Assembly: GCA_001783805.1 (NCBI GenBank)
Contig: MFNS01000001.1
Coordinates: 192,649 to 256,648 of the forward strand
Direction: 5' to 3'
Length of the DNA stretch: 64,000 nt
DNA from: Candidatus Levybacteria bacterium RIFCSPHIGHO2_01_FULL_40_16
GTDB taxonomy: Bacteria; Patescibacteriota; Microgenomatia; Levybacterales; UBA12049
The notes beneath the pieces were generated by a model. The model had not been told where the DNA came from, made no database searches, and saw only the letters and a list, made by a program, of their open reading frames with translations. Each line of letters starts with the position of its first letter. The stretch's first letter is position 1. This document shows positions 56,484 to 63,683 of the stretch, piece by piece. The position numbers and the translations under genes were made by a program.

Positions 56484-56957
56484 TTATCTGCTGTAGAGAC
56501 CGATTAATTCTGATTTGTCAATAATATGGCCTTGCATTTCTTTTTCCAAGGTCTCCTTGCCTGGATTGTTTAAATTTAAAACTACATCCAAAGAGTAGAG
56601 CTTGAAGAAATATCGGTGGGTGCCGGATGGCTCGCCCGCTAACGCCTGAGCGTAGCGATGGCGAACGGGGGGACAGGGTCCGCCATAACTCTTTTTACCA
56701 AAACTTGTTGTCGCTTCAATTCCGCCTTTTGGAACACTATTTTCCGCAATTTCCACGGTATTTGGGTCAATATTAAATACAATCCAATGGATCCATGTTC
56801 CGCCCGGCGCATCCGGATCATCCATGATTAAGACTAAACTTTTGGCATTTGTGGGAATTTCAAGAAAAGACAGCGGGGGATTTATATTCTCCCCATCGCA
56901 GGTATATTTGGAAGGTATTTTGGAATTATTTTCAAAAACAGAACTTATTATTTTCAC
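56484..56957 (-). CDS. YbhB/YbcL (PEBP) family protein carrying a 15-aa in-frame insertion (VRHRYAQALAGEPSG) that duplicates the HRY motif
   Basis: DPDAPGGTWIHW and GGPCPP...THRYFFKLY PEBP motifs; the insertion is encoded by the GC-rich 45-mer at 56622-56666. Confidence 0.75.
   Translation of the reverse strand: MKIISSVFENNSKIPSKYTCDGENINPPLSFLEIPTNAKSLVLIMDDPDAPGGTWIHWIVFNIDPNTVEIAENSVPKGGIEATTSFGKKSYGGPCPPVRHRYAQALAGEPSGTHRYFFKLYSLDVVLNLNNPGKETLEKEMQGHIIDKSELIGLYSR
56622..56666. repeat. GC-rich repeat-family insert inside the PEBP gene (GCCGGATGGCTCGCCCGCTAACGCCTGAGCGTAGCGATGGCGAAC)
   Basis: Shares CGCCTGAG..GATGGCG..CAGGG with the element at 60157-60199 (opposite strand). Confidence 0.5.
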
Positions 56958-56960
56958 GTG

Positions 56961-57031
56961 AGCGGGGTACGAGAATTGAACTCGCTTCTCTACCTTGGCA
57001 AGGTAGCATACTACCGGTGTACTAACCCCGC
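56961..57031 (-). tRNA. tRNA-Gly (anticodon GCC)
   Basis: GCGGGGT acceptor, loop TTGCCAA, T-loop TTCAATT. Confidence 0.85.
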
Positions 57032-57036
57032 TTGTG

Positions 57037-57109
57037 TGCCGAGAGCAGGAATCGAACCCGCATAACCGCTTCTTCAGAGCGGCGCCTTGACCTCGTTGGC
57101 AATCTCGGC
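57037..57109 (-). tRNA. tRNA-Phe (anticodon GAA)
   Basis: GCCGAGA acceptor, loop CTGAAGA, T-loop TTCGATT. Confidence 0.8.
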
Positions 57110-57547
57110 CTATTTAATTTTTTGCAATCTCCTGTATGTCCTGTCCCTATGACAATTAGCGCATACCAAGTCGCATTTTGCTATTTCTTCCTTTATTTTA
57201 TCAAATTTTACTAATTTTCGAAAGGTGAGAAACGAAATGCTTGCCACCTTTTTCTTTCCATCACGATGATCGAAATCCATCACCCATGCAGGGTATTTCT
57301 TCCCGCAGTCAAAGCATGGCTTGTTTTTAATTTTTCCCAAAAACTCCTTACGCTCTACTATGTATTTTAGTTTTCTTTTTTTGGCTAGATATAGCTGTCG
57401 CTCTCTGTTTTGATGATAATAATTTTTTCCGCGGATTTTATAACAATCTTTGCATTTTTCGTAATACTCACCAGCCCTTAAACCGCTTTTTCTTCTATAA
57501 AAATCTTTCAATTCCTTACTCAATCCACACTTCGAACATTTTTTCAT
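57110..57547 (-). CDS. HNH endonuclease; its stop codon directly abuts the tRNA-Phe 5' end
   Basis: Cys pairs (CSKCG, CFDCG) and DFDHRDG...CANCH HNH motif. Confidence 0.7.
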   Translation of the reverse strand: MKKCSKCGLSKELKDFYRRKSGLRAGEYYEKCKDCYKIRGKNYYHQNRERQLYLAKKRKLKYIVERKEFLGKIKNKPCFDCGKKYPAWVMDFDHRDGKKKVASISFLTFRKLVKFDKIKEEIAKCDLVCANCHRDRTYRRLQKIK

Positions 57548-57729
57548 TTATAATTTATAATAAACCGTAGTGAGTCGAAATGCAACTTTTTTCTTCAGAC
57601 GGAGAGGAAATCATTGACCGACTTGGCTACCTCGGCATGTATAAATGCTGTTGCTAGAATAATGTTAACTACCCAATGTCCTATTATTTACTAAAGCATG
57701 TATCTTTTACAAAAATTATTTATACATGC

Positions 57730-57987
57730 CTAGGCATGATCATTCCAGTCTTTTAATCTTTTCCGCAAATAACTTTTGCCCAAACGAGTTTTGAGATATT
57801 TTTCTCTACGATAAGCATCAATTTCGCTTAGGCTGGCTTCGTAGTATATTATATCAAATGGAGCATATGGGCTGGTAGACTTAACCATTTTCTCATTATG
57901 CTCTCTAAATCTTCCTCTTAAATCATTAGTACATCCTGTATACAGAAATTTTCTGGACGTACTTTTTAAAACATAAACGTAAAACAT
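57730..57987 (-). CDS. small GIY-YIG nuclease-family protein, 5 nt downstream of the tRNA-Val locus
   Basis: MFYVYVLKS...LYTGCTNDLRGRFREHN...FDIIYYE. Confidence 0.65.
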   Translation of the reverse strand: MFYVYVLKSTSRKFLYTGCTNDLRGRFREHNEKMVKSTSPYAPFDIIYYEASLSEIDAYRREKYLKTRLGKSYLRKRLKDWNDHA

Positions 57988-57991
57988 CTTG

Positions 57992-58172
57992 TGGACTCTA
58001 GAGGATTTGAACCTCTGACATCTTCGATGTAAACGAAGCGCCCGGCCTGACTGGACTTTGTGGACCCGAGAGGATTCGAACCTCTGACCTTCTCAGTGTA
58101 AATGAGACGCTCTACCAACTGAGCCACGGGTCCATTCAAAGTCGGGCAGGTCTACCGCTGAGCTAAGAGTCC
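57992..58172 (-). ncRNA. split tRNA-Val-like gene: 5' half (acceptor GGACTCT plus D-arm, 58146-58172) and 3' half (57992-58060: anticodon arm with TAC, T-arm AGAGG-TTCAAAT-CCTCT, acceptor AGAGTCC-A), with a complete tRNA-Val nested between
   Basis: The outer acceptor strands pair 7/7 (one G-U); the 5' half matches the Pro-locus 5' half over TAGCTCAG..GGTAGACCTGCCCG; the nested tRNA is flanked by GACTTTG / CAAAGTC. Confidence 0.4.
58061..58133 (-). tRNA. tRNA-Val (anticodon TAC), intact, nested in the split locus
   Basis: GGACCCG acceptor, TGGCTCAGTTGGTAGAGC D-arm, loop TTTACAC, T-loop TTCGAAT. Confidence 0.85.
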
Positions 58173-58186
58173 AGGGTGGACTTAAT

Positions 58187-58245
58187 GATGTCCAGATTGA
58201 ACCAATTATAGCAGATTTTGAGAGGCTAAGGTTAGCTTTTCAACT
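58187..58245. repeat. about 58-nt direct repeat, copy 1 (core TTGAACCAATTATAGCAGATTTTGAGAGGCTAAGGTTAGC)
   Basis: 40-nt identical core with copy 2 at 59271-59329; together they flank ORF 58293-59192. Confidence 0.65.
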
Positions 58246-58292
58246 TAATTACCATTAGAGAATAGAAATTCAGTAATCCTGGTTTGGGATAT

Positions 58293-59192
58293 TTATACCT
58301 TATCAACGGGTTTAGGATTTATTATTATAACCTGTAATTTGTCGAATAAGTTTGTTAGTGAGGGGTCTTCCGGGCCATTACCTTCAATAAAGGAGCTATA
58401 CGTTTGTGATTTTTCGTCCCATTCTATATTTCCATGGGGCAAGTCACGACCTAGAATTGAATAGAAAATATATAATTTTTTTTGAGTATCTGGTCTAGAA
58501 ATCGTTTCGAGCCACCTTTCATCCCTGTCATCCGACGATTCATATCCAGAGTGATACGTAGATGTATTTTCATGTTTAAATTTGTAGTCAGGATGACCTT
58601 TTAGAAATTTTTCAACTGCCGTTTTAATCCTATCTCCTACCGGTTTTGTCGGATCATCTTCGGGGTCGTCTTTTTCTGCATTCAGTTTCAATTTTTCTGG
58701 GCTCATCCGTCTAACTTCGTCAAGTGTAAATTTTTGGTTTGGTGCAGCGTAAGCTTCCAGAATTTTGTTAGCACACATCTCATCTAGAGCAAATGGACCA
58801 TCAAAAGACTCATCATTTAAATATGAGCCTTCTATCCATGTTCTATGTGAAATAACTGCCCATTCATTTCTATTTTTAACCCAAATAAAGATCAATTCAT
58901 AATCCTCATTCATTACTGCTAATCGTTCTCTTTTTATTGAGATAGCAGAATGACCTAAAACGGCCGTTTCTTGAGCGGGTAATCTCATTAAGGAATCGTA
59001 TTCCTTGGTTACCCATGGCGGGAGAGTGGAAAAGGTTGCATTTTCAGAAATTTGGATAATATTATCTCCATAAGAGCTGGTGTCTGGTCTACTTCTTACC
59101 CAATCACTCTTGCCAAAATTAATTTCAATTATCTTTTCTCGCTCTTCAGTCATTTCTGGGGGAATTATATTACCATAAGTTTTGAAAGTCAA
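58293..59192 (-). CDS. hypothetical protein (299 aa) bounded by the 58-nt direct repeats
   Basis: Long ORF; no domain recognised. Confidence 0.35.
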   Translation of the reverse strand: MTFKTYGNIIPPEMTEEREKIIEINFGKSDWVRSRPDTSSYGDNIIQISENATFSTLPPWVTKEYDSLMRLPAQETAVLGHSAISIKRERLAVMNEDYELIFIWVKNRNEWAVISHRTWIEGSYLNDESFDGPFALDEMCANKILEAYAAPNQKFTLDEVRRMSPEKLKLNAEKDDPEDDPTKPVGDRIKTAVEKFLKGHPDYKFKHENTSTYHSGYESSDDRDERWLETISRPDTQKKLYIFYSILGRDLPHGNIEWDEKSQTYSSFIEGNGPEDPSLTNLFDKLQVIIINPKPVDKV

Positions 59193-59270
59193 ATCATTCC
59201 TTGTCGCACAAGCTTTATTGAGACGTGGTTTTAAAGCTAAACAGCGTCATATACATACTGGTGGGCTTAG

Positions 59271-59329
59271 CGATGCTCAACTTGAACCAATTATAGCAGA
59301 TTTTGAGAGGCTAAGGTTAGCATTTGACA
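59271..59329. repeat. about 58-nt direct repeat, copy 2
   Basis: See copy 1; the track ORF 59182-59367 spanning it is probably not coding. Confidence 0.65.
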
Positions 59330-59350
59330 AGATAACTTGCATGAATTCAT

Positions 59351-59713
59351 TTATAAATTATCTATAATCTCACCTAGTCTATCCATTTCTCTTTTGGAAA
59401 CATTTGCATCGGCGCCATCAATACCTTCAATTGAGTTCGATAAGCCAACTGTCTTTATTTTTGGTTTTCTTTTACGTATCTCATCAGCCAAAAGCTGACC
59501 TTCGCCGCCTACCCAGCTTAATTTCCCATCAAGTGTAATTACTTGGATTCCTAATTTGTCTACTTCGCCTCCACGAATCTTTCCTAGAGCATCAAAGAAC
59601 TCGTTGCTTGTCAGAACCACCTTATGACCCGCTTTTTCTAATACCTGTTTAATTCCATCCTGATAATATTTGTCGTCTTCAACGACAAATATTCTTGCTT
59701 CTTTTGGCGACAT
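59351..59713 (-). CDS. receiver-domain-like protein
   Basis: IFVVEDDKYYQD...VITLDGKL CheY-like fold. Confidence 0.5.
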   Translation of the reverse strand: MSPKEARIFVVEDDKYYQDGIKQVLEKAGHKVVLTSNEFFDALGKIRGGEVDKLGIQVITLDGKLSWVGGEGQLLADEIRKRKPKIKTVGLSNSIEGIDGADANVSKREMDRLGEIIDNL

Positions 59714-59733
59714 ACTATTTTTTAAAAAAAGAT

Positions 59734-59818
59734 TGGTGGGCCCGAGAGGACTTGAACCTCCACTCCTTTCGGAATACGCACCTCAAGCGTACGCGTATAC
59801 CAATTCCGCCACGAGCCC
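59734..59818 (-). tRNA. tRNA-Leu (anticodon GAG), class II, CCA encoded
   Basis: GGGCTCG acceptor, loop TTGAGGT, long variable arm, T-loop TTCAAGT. Confidence 0.85.
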
Positions 59819-59835
59819 AAACTTGTCTAATTATA

Positions 59836-60123
59836 TCATTTATCGATCTTGACTTCGGGATATATCAAGCTAACATTAGTTATTTGTCTTTTGGGATGAT
59901 CCAAATATTCTCTCCAAAATTCTTCTCCGAATATCAGAACTTTTGAGCAAGGACCAACATGAATCGTTTCCTCTGCCATTCCTGTTTTAGCTTTCACAAC
60001 CCCACCCATTCCTTGCGTATAGCCAATAACTTCAAGATTGACTAAGCCACAACCCCTATCTTCTATTTGAAATGTTTTTGAATTCAAATAAAGGCTTCCT
60101 GTTTTCTCAGAAGAAATAGTCAT
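59836..60123 (-). CDS. hypothetical protein
   Basis: 95-aa ORF starting 17 nt after the tRNA-Leu(CAG) outer locus. Confidence 0.3.
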   Translation of the reverse strand: MTISSEKTGSLYLNSKTFQIEDRGCGLVNLEVIGYTQGMGGVVKAKTGMAEETIHVGPCSKVLIFGEEFWREYLDHPKRQITNVSLIYPEVKIDK

Positions 60124-60139
60124 AAGTATAAATTCTTAG

Positions 60140-60373
60140 TGCCCAGGGGGAGATTCCCTGCCCGCCATCAGCTGTCGCCTCAGGCGACTGCAGGCGGGGA
60201 ACTCCCAAGCCCTTGCGGACACAGCGTTCTGAACACTGCATGCCCGCCTGCCAGAGTGCCCCAAGAGGGACTCGAACCCTCACGTCCTTGCGGACACAGC
60301 GTTCTGAACACTGCATGTCTACCATTCCATCATCGGGGCACGGCGGACAGGTCTACCATTTCATCACCTGGGC
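60140..60373 (-). ncRNA. composite tRNA-Leu(CAG) locus: outer 5' half (acceptor GCCCAGG plus D-arm-like GATGAAATGGTAGAC) and outer 3' part (duplicate anticodon and variable arms, GC-rich repeat 60157-60199, acceptor CCTGGGC-A) flanking the intact tRNA
   Basis: The outer acceptor strands pair 7/7; a 32-nt duplicate of the anticodon/variable arm (CCTTGCGGACACAGCGTTCTGAACACTGCATG) is present twice; the 5' half ends GACCTGTCCGCC, like the other split loci. Confidence 0.35.
60257..60339 (-). tRNA. tRNA-Leu (anticodon CAG), class II
   Basis: GCCCCGA/TTGGGGC acceptor, loop TTCAGAA, variable arm TGTCCGCAAGGACGT, T-arm GAGGG-TTCGAGT-CCCTC. Confidence 0.8.
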
Positions 60374-60440
60374 GCATGTTGATTTTACCAGAAGCAGTTT
60401 TACTTGACAACAATGACAAAAAATGCGATTATGATAGACA

Positions 60441-61019
60441 ATGAGAAAGATACTTCTGTCTACCTCTTTCTTTATACTTACACCCATCTTACTTTTCGCA
60501 AGTATAATTTATTTCCTCTTTTTGTCCTATGATTCCAAGCTTCACAATAACTTAACTGGTCAAAGCTCAAACCGCGGTGTAGCATTTGCGGCCTTGCCCT
60601 CGGTTGAAAATGTGCTGGGAGACAGCATTGTCTTCAAGGACATAAGAGTAGAAATAGTCAAGCAATTTTTTGCAAAATATAAATCCCCACTTGAGTCATT
60701 TGCTCAAAATGTTGTTGAAGATGCGGATAAATATGATCTTGATTATAGGCTCTTACCGGCAATAGCCATGCAGGAATCGAATCTATGCAAAAAAATTGTC
60801 ACAGATTCATATAATTGCTGGGGGTTTGGAATCTATGGCAAGAAGGTAACCAGATTCGAAAGCTATCCTGAAGCAATTAGTACAGTGACCAAGACCCTAG
60901 CGAACAATTATATGGCAGGAGGCTTAAATACGCCTGAAGAAATTATGAAAAAATACACTCCCTCCAATAACGGAGCGTGGGCCGAGAGTGTCAACTACTT
61001 CATGAGCCTGCTTCAATAA
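60441..61019 (+). CDS. secreted protein, paralog 1 (tentatively peptidoglycan-hydrolase-like)
   Basis: Signal/TM; conserved block KY.SPL...A..KY.LD..L..AI...ES..... shared with the 61289 gene. Confidence 0.4.
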   Translation: MRKILLSTSFFILTPILLFASIIYFLFLSYDSKLHNNLTGQSSNRGVAFAALPSVENVLGDSIVFKDIRVEIVKQFFAKYKSPLESFAQNVVEDADKYDLDYRLLPAIAMQESNLCKKIVTDSYNCWGFGIYGKKVTRFESYPEAISTVTKTLANNYMAGGLNTPEEIMKKYTPSNNGAWAESVNYFMSLLQ

Positions 61020-61151
61020 TATCCTATAGCCAGCACCTCGCTTGATTTCGCCTATGACACCTCTTTATTTAACTGACTAATCGATTGAACAATTCGCCGG
61101 TTGGCGGGACTTGACAAACCTATAGTTCCATGATATACTTCCACCTTAGAT

Positions 61152-61196
61152 CCTAAGGTATGCCTTTCCAAATGCATACGTTAGGATTTTTTTATT
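61152..61196 (+). terminator. rho-independent terminator (12-bp stem CCTAAGGTATGC/GCATACGTTAGG, loop CTTTCCAAAT, T-rich tail)
   Basis: Stem-loop followed by ATTTTTTTATT, downstream of CDS 60441-61019. Confidence 0.6.
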
Positions 61197-61209
61197 CTGC
61201 AAAGCAGAA
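61195..61209. repeat. 15-nt hairpin TTCTGC-AAA-GCAGAA (not adjacent to a tRNA)
   Basis: Same stem as the tRNA-border hairpins. Confidence 0.5.
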
Positions 61210-61211
61210 TA

Positions 61212-61283
61212 ACCCGCCGACCAATCGCACCGTGAGCCGTCTACGAATAGTAGTGGAAAGGCAAACGGAAAGATTAGGCGGGT
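61212..61283 (+). promoter_or_regulatory. structured GC-rich 5' leader (ACCCGCC...GGCGGGT) immediately upstream of the start codon of paralog 2
   Basis: 72 nt; same terminal helix and length as 47932-48001; shares GTCTACG internally. Confidence 0.4.
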
Positions 61284-61288
61284 GCATT

Positions 61289-61840
61289 ATGAACACAATA
61301 TTTGTTTTTATATTTTCATTAATTTTATTTTTTTTATCTAACGGTAAAACTGTTTTTGCGCAGGAAATATTTGCGGGTTCTTCCGCTGCGCTTTTAAAGC
61401 CGGTTGTTCAAAAAGCAACCGACAGTCGCGTAAGAATTTTAAGAGAATATTTAGAAAAATATAATTCTCCTTTGGTTCCATATGCTGCGACTTTCGTAGA
61501 TACCGCAGATAAATATAATTTGGATTGGAAATTGGTCGCTGCAATTTCCGGAGTTGAATCTACTTTTGGCCGCCAGATTCCTCCTGATTCTTTCAATGGA
61601 TGGGGATGGGGAATTTATGGGAACAATATGATCAGATTTTCTTCTTGGAATGAGGGAATTGAAACGATTTCTGAAGGATTAAGAACCAAATACATCGATA
61701 AATGGGGAGCAAGAAATGTATATGAAATCGGCAGATTTTACGCTGCTTCTCCTACCTGGGCTCAAAGAGTTGAATACTTCATGAATTCCATAGGGAATTT
61801 TGAGACTTTAAGCCTGGCGAATCTATCCATTTCTCTGTAA
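61289..61840 (+). CDS. secreted protein, paralog 2 (start moved to MNTIFVF...)
   Basis: Signal peptide; about 35% identity to paralog 1 over the conserved C-terminal domain. Confidence 0.4.
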   Translation: MNTIFVFIFSLILFFLSNGKTVFAQEIFAGSSAALLKPVVQKATDSRVRILREYLEKYNSPLVPYAATFVDTADKYNLDWKLVAAISGVESTFGRQIPPDSFNGWGWGIYGNNMIRFSSWNEGIETISEGLRTKYIDKWGARNVYEIGRFYAASPTWAQRVEYFMNSIGNFETLSLANLSISL

Positions 61841-61927
61841 GCCTCGAACCTTCTTCTCTTAGAATTTCTGAAGCACGCATCGAGTTTGAAGGTGCGGGGT
61901 AAATTGTGTATAATGTCTAAAATATAC

Positions 61928-62010
61928 GCGGATGTGGCGAAATGGTAGACGCGATAGGTTTAGGACCTATTGACCGCAAGGTCTTGGGGGTTCGAGTCCT
62001 CTCATCCGCA
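61928..62010 (+). tRNA. tRNA-Leu (anticodon TAG), class II; TTGAAG-17-TATAAT promoter upstream
   Basis: GCGGATG acceptor, loop TTTAGGA, variable arm TGACCGCAAGGTCT, T-loop TTCGAGT. Confidence 0.85.
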
Positions 62011-62019
62011 CTCTAAATT

Positions 62020-62898
62020 ATGAATAAAAATGTTACTACGGCTCTACAAAAAGAGCCCAACGGAACAATCCGTCTGACAATTACGATTCCGGCTGTTGAC
62101 GTCAAAAAAACCTGGGAAGAGGTAATGCTTGAGGTTGCAAAGAATGCGGAAGTTCAGGGCTTTAGAAAAGGAAAAGCACCCAGAAAATTAGTTGAAGAAA
62201 AAGTTGATAAAGAAAAGATTAGGGAAGAAGTTTTGAAAAAGCTTTTACCAATCGCCTATACGGAAGCTGTTAAGTCCCAAGGAATAAAGCCAATTATAAA
62301 TCCCAAGATTCATGTTGAGAAGATCGACGATCCGTCGACCCTGAGCGAGCAAAGCGAGTCGAAGGGTTGGCAATTTACCGCTTTAACTTGTGAAGCTCCG
62401 ATTATCAAATTGGGTAAATATAAAGAAGCTATTCAAATAATTACGGCAAAAAGTAAAATTATCTTACCTGGAAATCCGCCAGCCGGCGGACCCATACCTG
62501 CCAAATTTGAGGATATCGTGAAAGCTTTATTGGATAACGTCACCGCTGAAATACCTTCAATTCTGATTGACAATGAAACCGACAGGCTTTTATCCCAGAC
62601 CCTGGAAGATGTTAAAAAACTTGGCTTAACGCTTGATCAATATCTGTCTTCAACCGGTAAAAATCCGCAAATCTTAAGAGAAGAGTATAAGAAAAAAGCG
62701 GAAAATGATGTTAAATTGGAATACACGCTTTCCAAAATTGCGGAAGAAGAAAAGATCACAGTTGAAGAAAAAGAAATTGAAGAGGCGGTAAGAGCCAGTA
62801 AGAGCGATGATGAAAGAAAGAATTTGGAAGCTAACCGGTATCTTCTGGCCAGTATCCTAAGGCAACAAAAAACACTTGATTTCCTCAAGAATTTGTGA
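62020..62898 (+). CDS. tig: trigger factor, compact form (N- and C-domains, no PPIase domain), with a possible GC-rich in-frame insert at about 62323-62373
   Basis: GFRKGKAPRKLVEEK N-domain signature; the GC-rich segment encodes DDPSTLSEQSESKGW and resembles the PEBP insert (CTGAGCG.AGC..GCGA..CGAA.GG). Confidence 0.7.
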   Translation: MNKNVTTALQKEPNGTIRLTITIPAVDVKKTWEEVMLEVAKNAEVQGFRKGKAPRKLVEEKVDKEKIREEVLKKLLPIAYTEAVKSQGIKPIINPKIHVEKIDDPSTLSEQSESKGWQFTALTCEAPIIKLGKYKEAIQIITAKSKIILPGNPPAGGPIPAKFEDIVKALLDNVTAEIPSILIDNETDRLLSQTLEDVKKLGLTLDQYLSSTGKNPQILREEYKKKAENDVKLEYTLSKIAEEEKITVEEKEIEEAVRASKSDDERKNLEANRYLLASILRQQKTLDFLKNL

Positions 62899-62913
62899 TA
62901 AGGTAATCCCGCT

Positions 62914-63510
62914 ATGAAAAAGTCAAAAAGCAAGGTAAAACACGTAAAAAACCCGCTGGAGGAATTACTTAATCTGGACGATATCCTTGGATTTTCCAAA
63001 ACTTCGGAAAAACAGAAAAAAAATCAGGAAACAGTGTTGGTTGAGGGCCAAGAGGTAAGTCTCGCAGAGCTTCAAGAGATAAATTCGTCAGCTGTTGAAG
63101 AAAAAAAAGAAGAGAAAATAGTAATAGAACCAGGCATTAATTATTCCGCAGACATAATCCATTCAGAAGAGAAGGCAATCAGCCGTGAAAACCGGGAAAT
63201 TGAAGTGCAGTTGCAGGAAATAATGACCGAAATTAAAAAATTAGCTGACAGCTCCAAGGAATTGCAAATGCAATTTAAAGAAGTTGCAGTCGAGCAATAC
63301 GTAGTAAAACCCGGAAAATATCACAAGAACTTTTTCTCATGGCTTCTCTCCATAGTTAAAGCTGCGAGAATGAAGGTTGAAGATTCCGGCGCATGGCTGG
63401 CGGCAATGCACAGCAAGAAAAAATCAAAAGAGTATTGGGCAATGAGTAAAAAAGCCGGAACATCTTTCAGCCTTTCCAACGAAAGAAATGTTGCCACCCA
63501 AGTTGGATAA
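62914..63510 (+). CDS. hypothetical coiled-coil protein
   Basis: 198-aa K/E-rich ORF. Confidence 0.3.
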   Translation: MKKSKSKVKHVKNPLEELLNLDDILGFSKTSEKQKKNQETVLVEGQEVSLAELQEINSSAVEEKKEEKIVIEPGINYSADIIHSEEKAISRENREIEVQLQEIMTEIKKLADSSKELQMQFKEVAVEQYVVKPGKYHKNFFSWLLSIVKAARMKVEDSGAWLAAMHSKKKSKEYWAMSKKAGTSFSLSNERNVATQVG

Positions 63511-63558
63511 GCAATCTATTGCAAAAAGAAAAAGGATACTATAAAATTTAATTATTAA

Positions 63559-63624
63559 ATGAATAAGCAAAATAGATCGATTATTGAAATTATTGCTTCC
63601 CAAGAGGGAGGTGTGCTTGCGTAA
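63559..63624 (+). CDS. Ile-rich leader peptide (MNKQNRSIIEIIASQEGGVLA) of a transcription attenuator
   Basis: Four ATT Ile codons in six positions (63580-63594), directly upstream of alternative stems 1:2 (63595-600/63606-611), 2:3 (63606-611/63649-654) and 3:4. Confidence 0.45.
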   Translation: MNKQNRSIIEIIASQEGGVLA

Positions 63625-63648
63625 CTTAAATTAATTACGAAACACTAG

Positions 63649-63671
63649 CCTCCCCAACGGGAGGTTTTTTT
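63649..63671 (+). terminator. attenuator terminator hairpin CCTCCC-CAAC-GGGAGG plus T7
   Basis: Perfect 6-bp GC-rich stem followed by 7 T, 13 nt before the downstream start codon. Confidence 0.6.
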
Positions 63672-63683
63672 ATGTCTTAAATT

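Noticed and set aside
59182-59367. 61-aa plus-strand ORF between two minus-strand genes
   Set aside because: It covers direct-repeat copy 2; the equivalent frame in copy 1 has no start codon, so the repeat is most likely non-coding.
59670-59946. Two plus-strand ORFs (59670-59852, 59695-59946)
   Set aside because: They overlap tRNA-Leu(GAG) on the opposite strand and have no domain or start context; treated as spurious.
60107-60444. Three overlapping GC-rich ORFs (60107-60325 minus; 60139-60444 and 60213-60407 plus)
   Set aside because: The region is fully accounted for by tRNA-Leu(CAG), its duplicated arm fragments and a GC-rich repeat element. The internal 32-nt duplication creates repetitive peptide text (SERCVRK twice), which is typical of translated RNA repeats.
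61160-61288. Upstream extension of CDS 61160-61840 (MPFQMHTLGFF...)
   Set aside because: The extension overlaps a rho-independent terminator, the TTCTGC hairpin and the GC-rich leader; the signal-peptide start MNTIFVF at 61289 is far more plausible.
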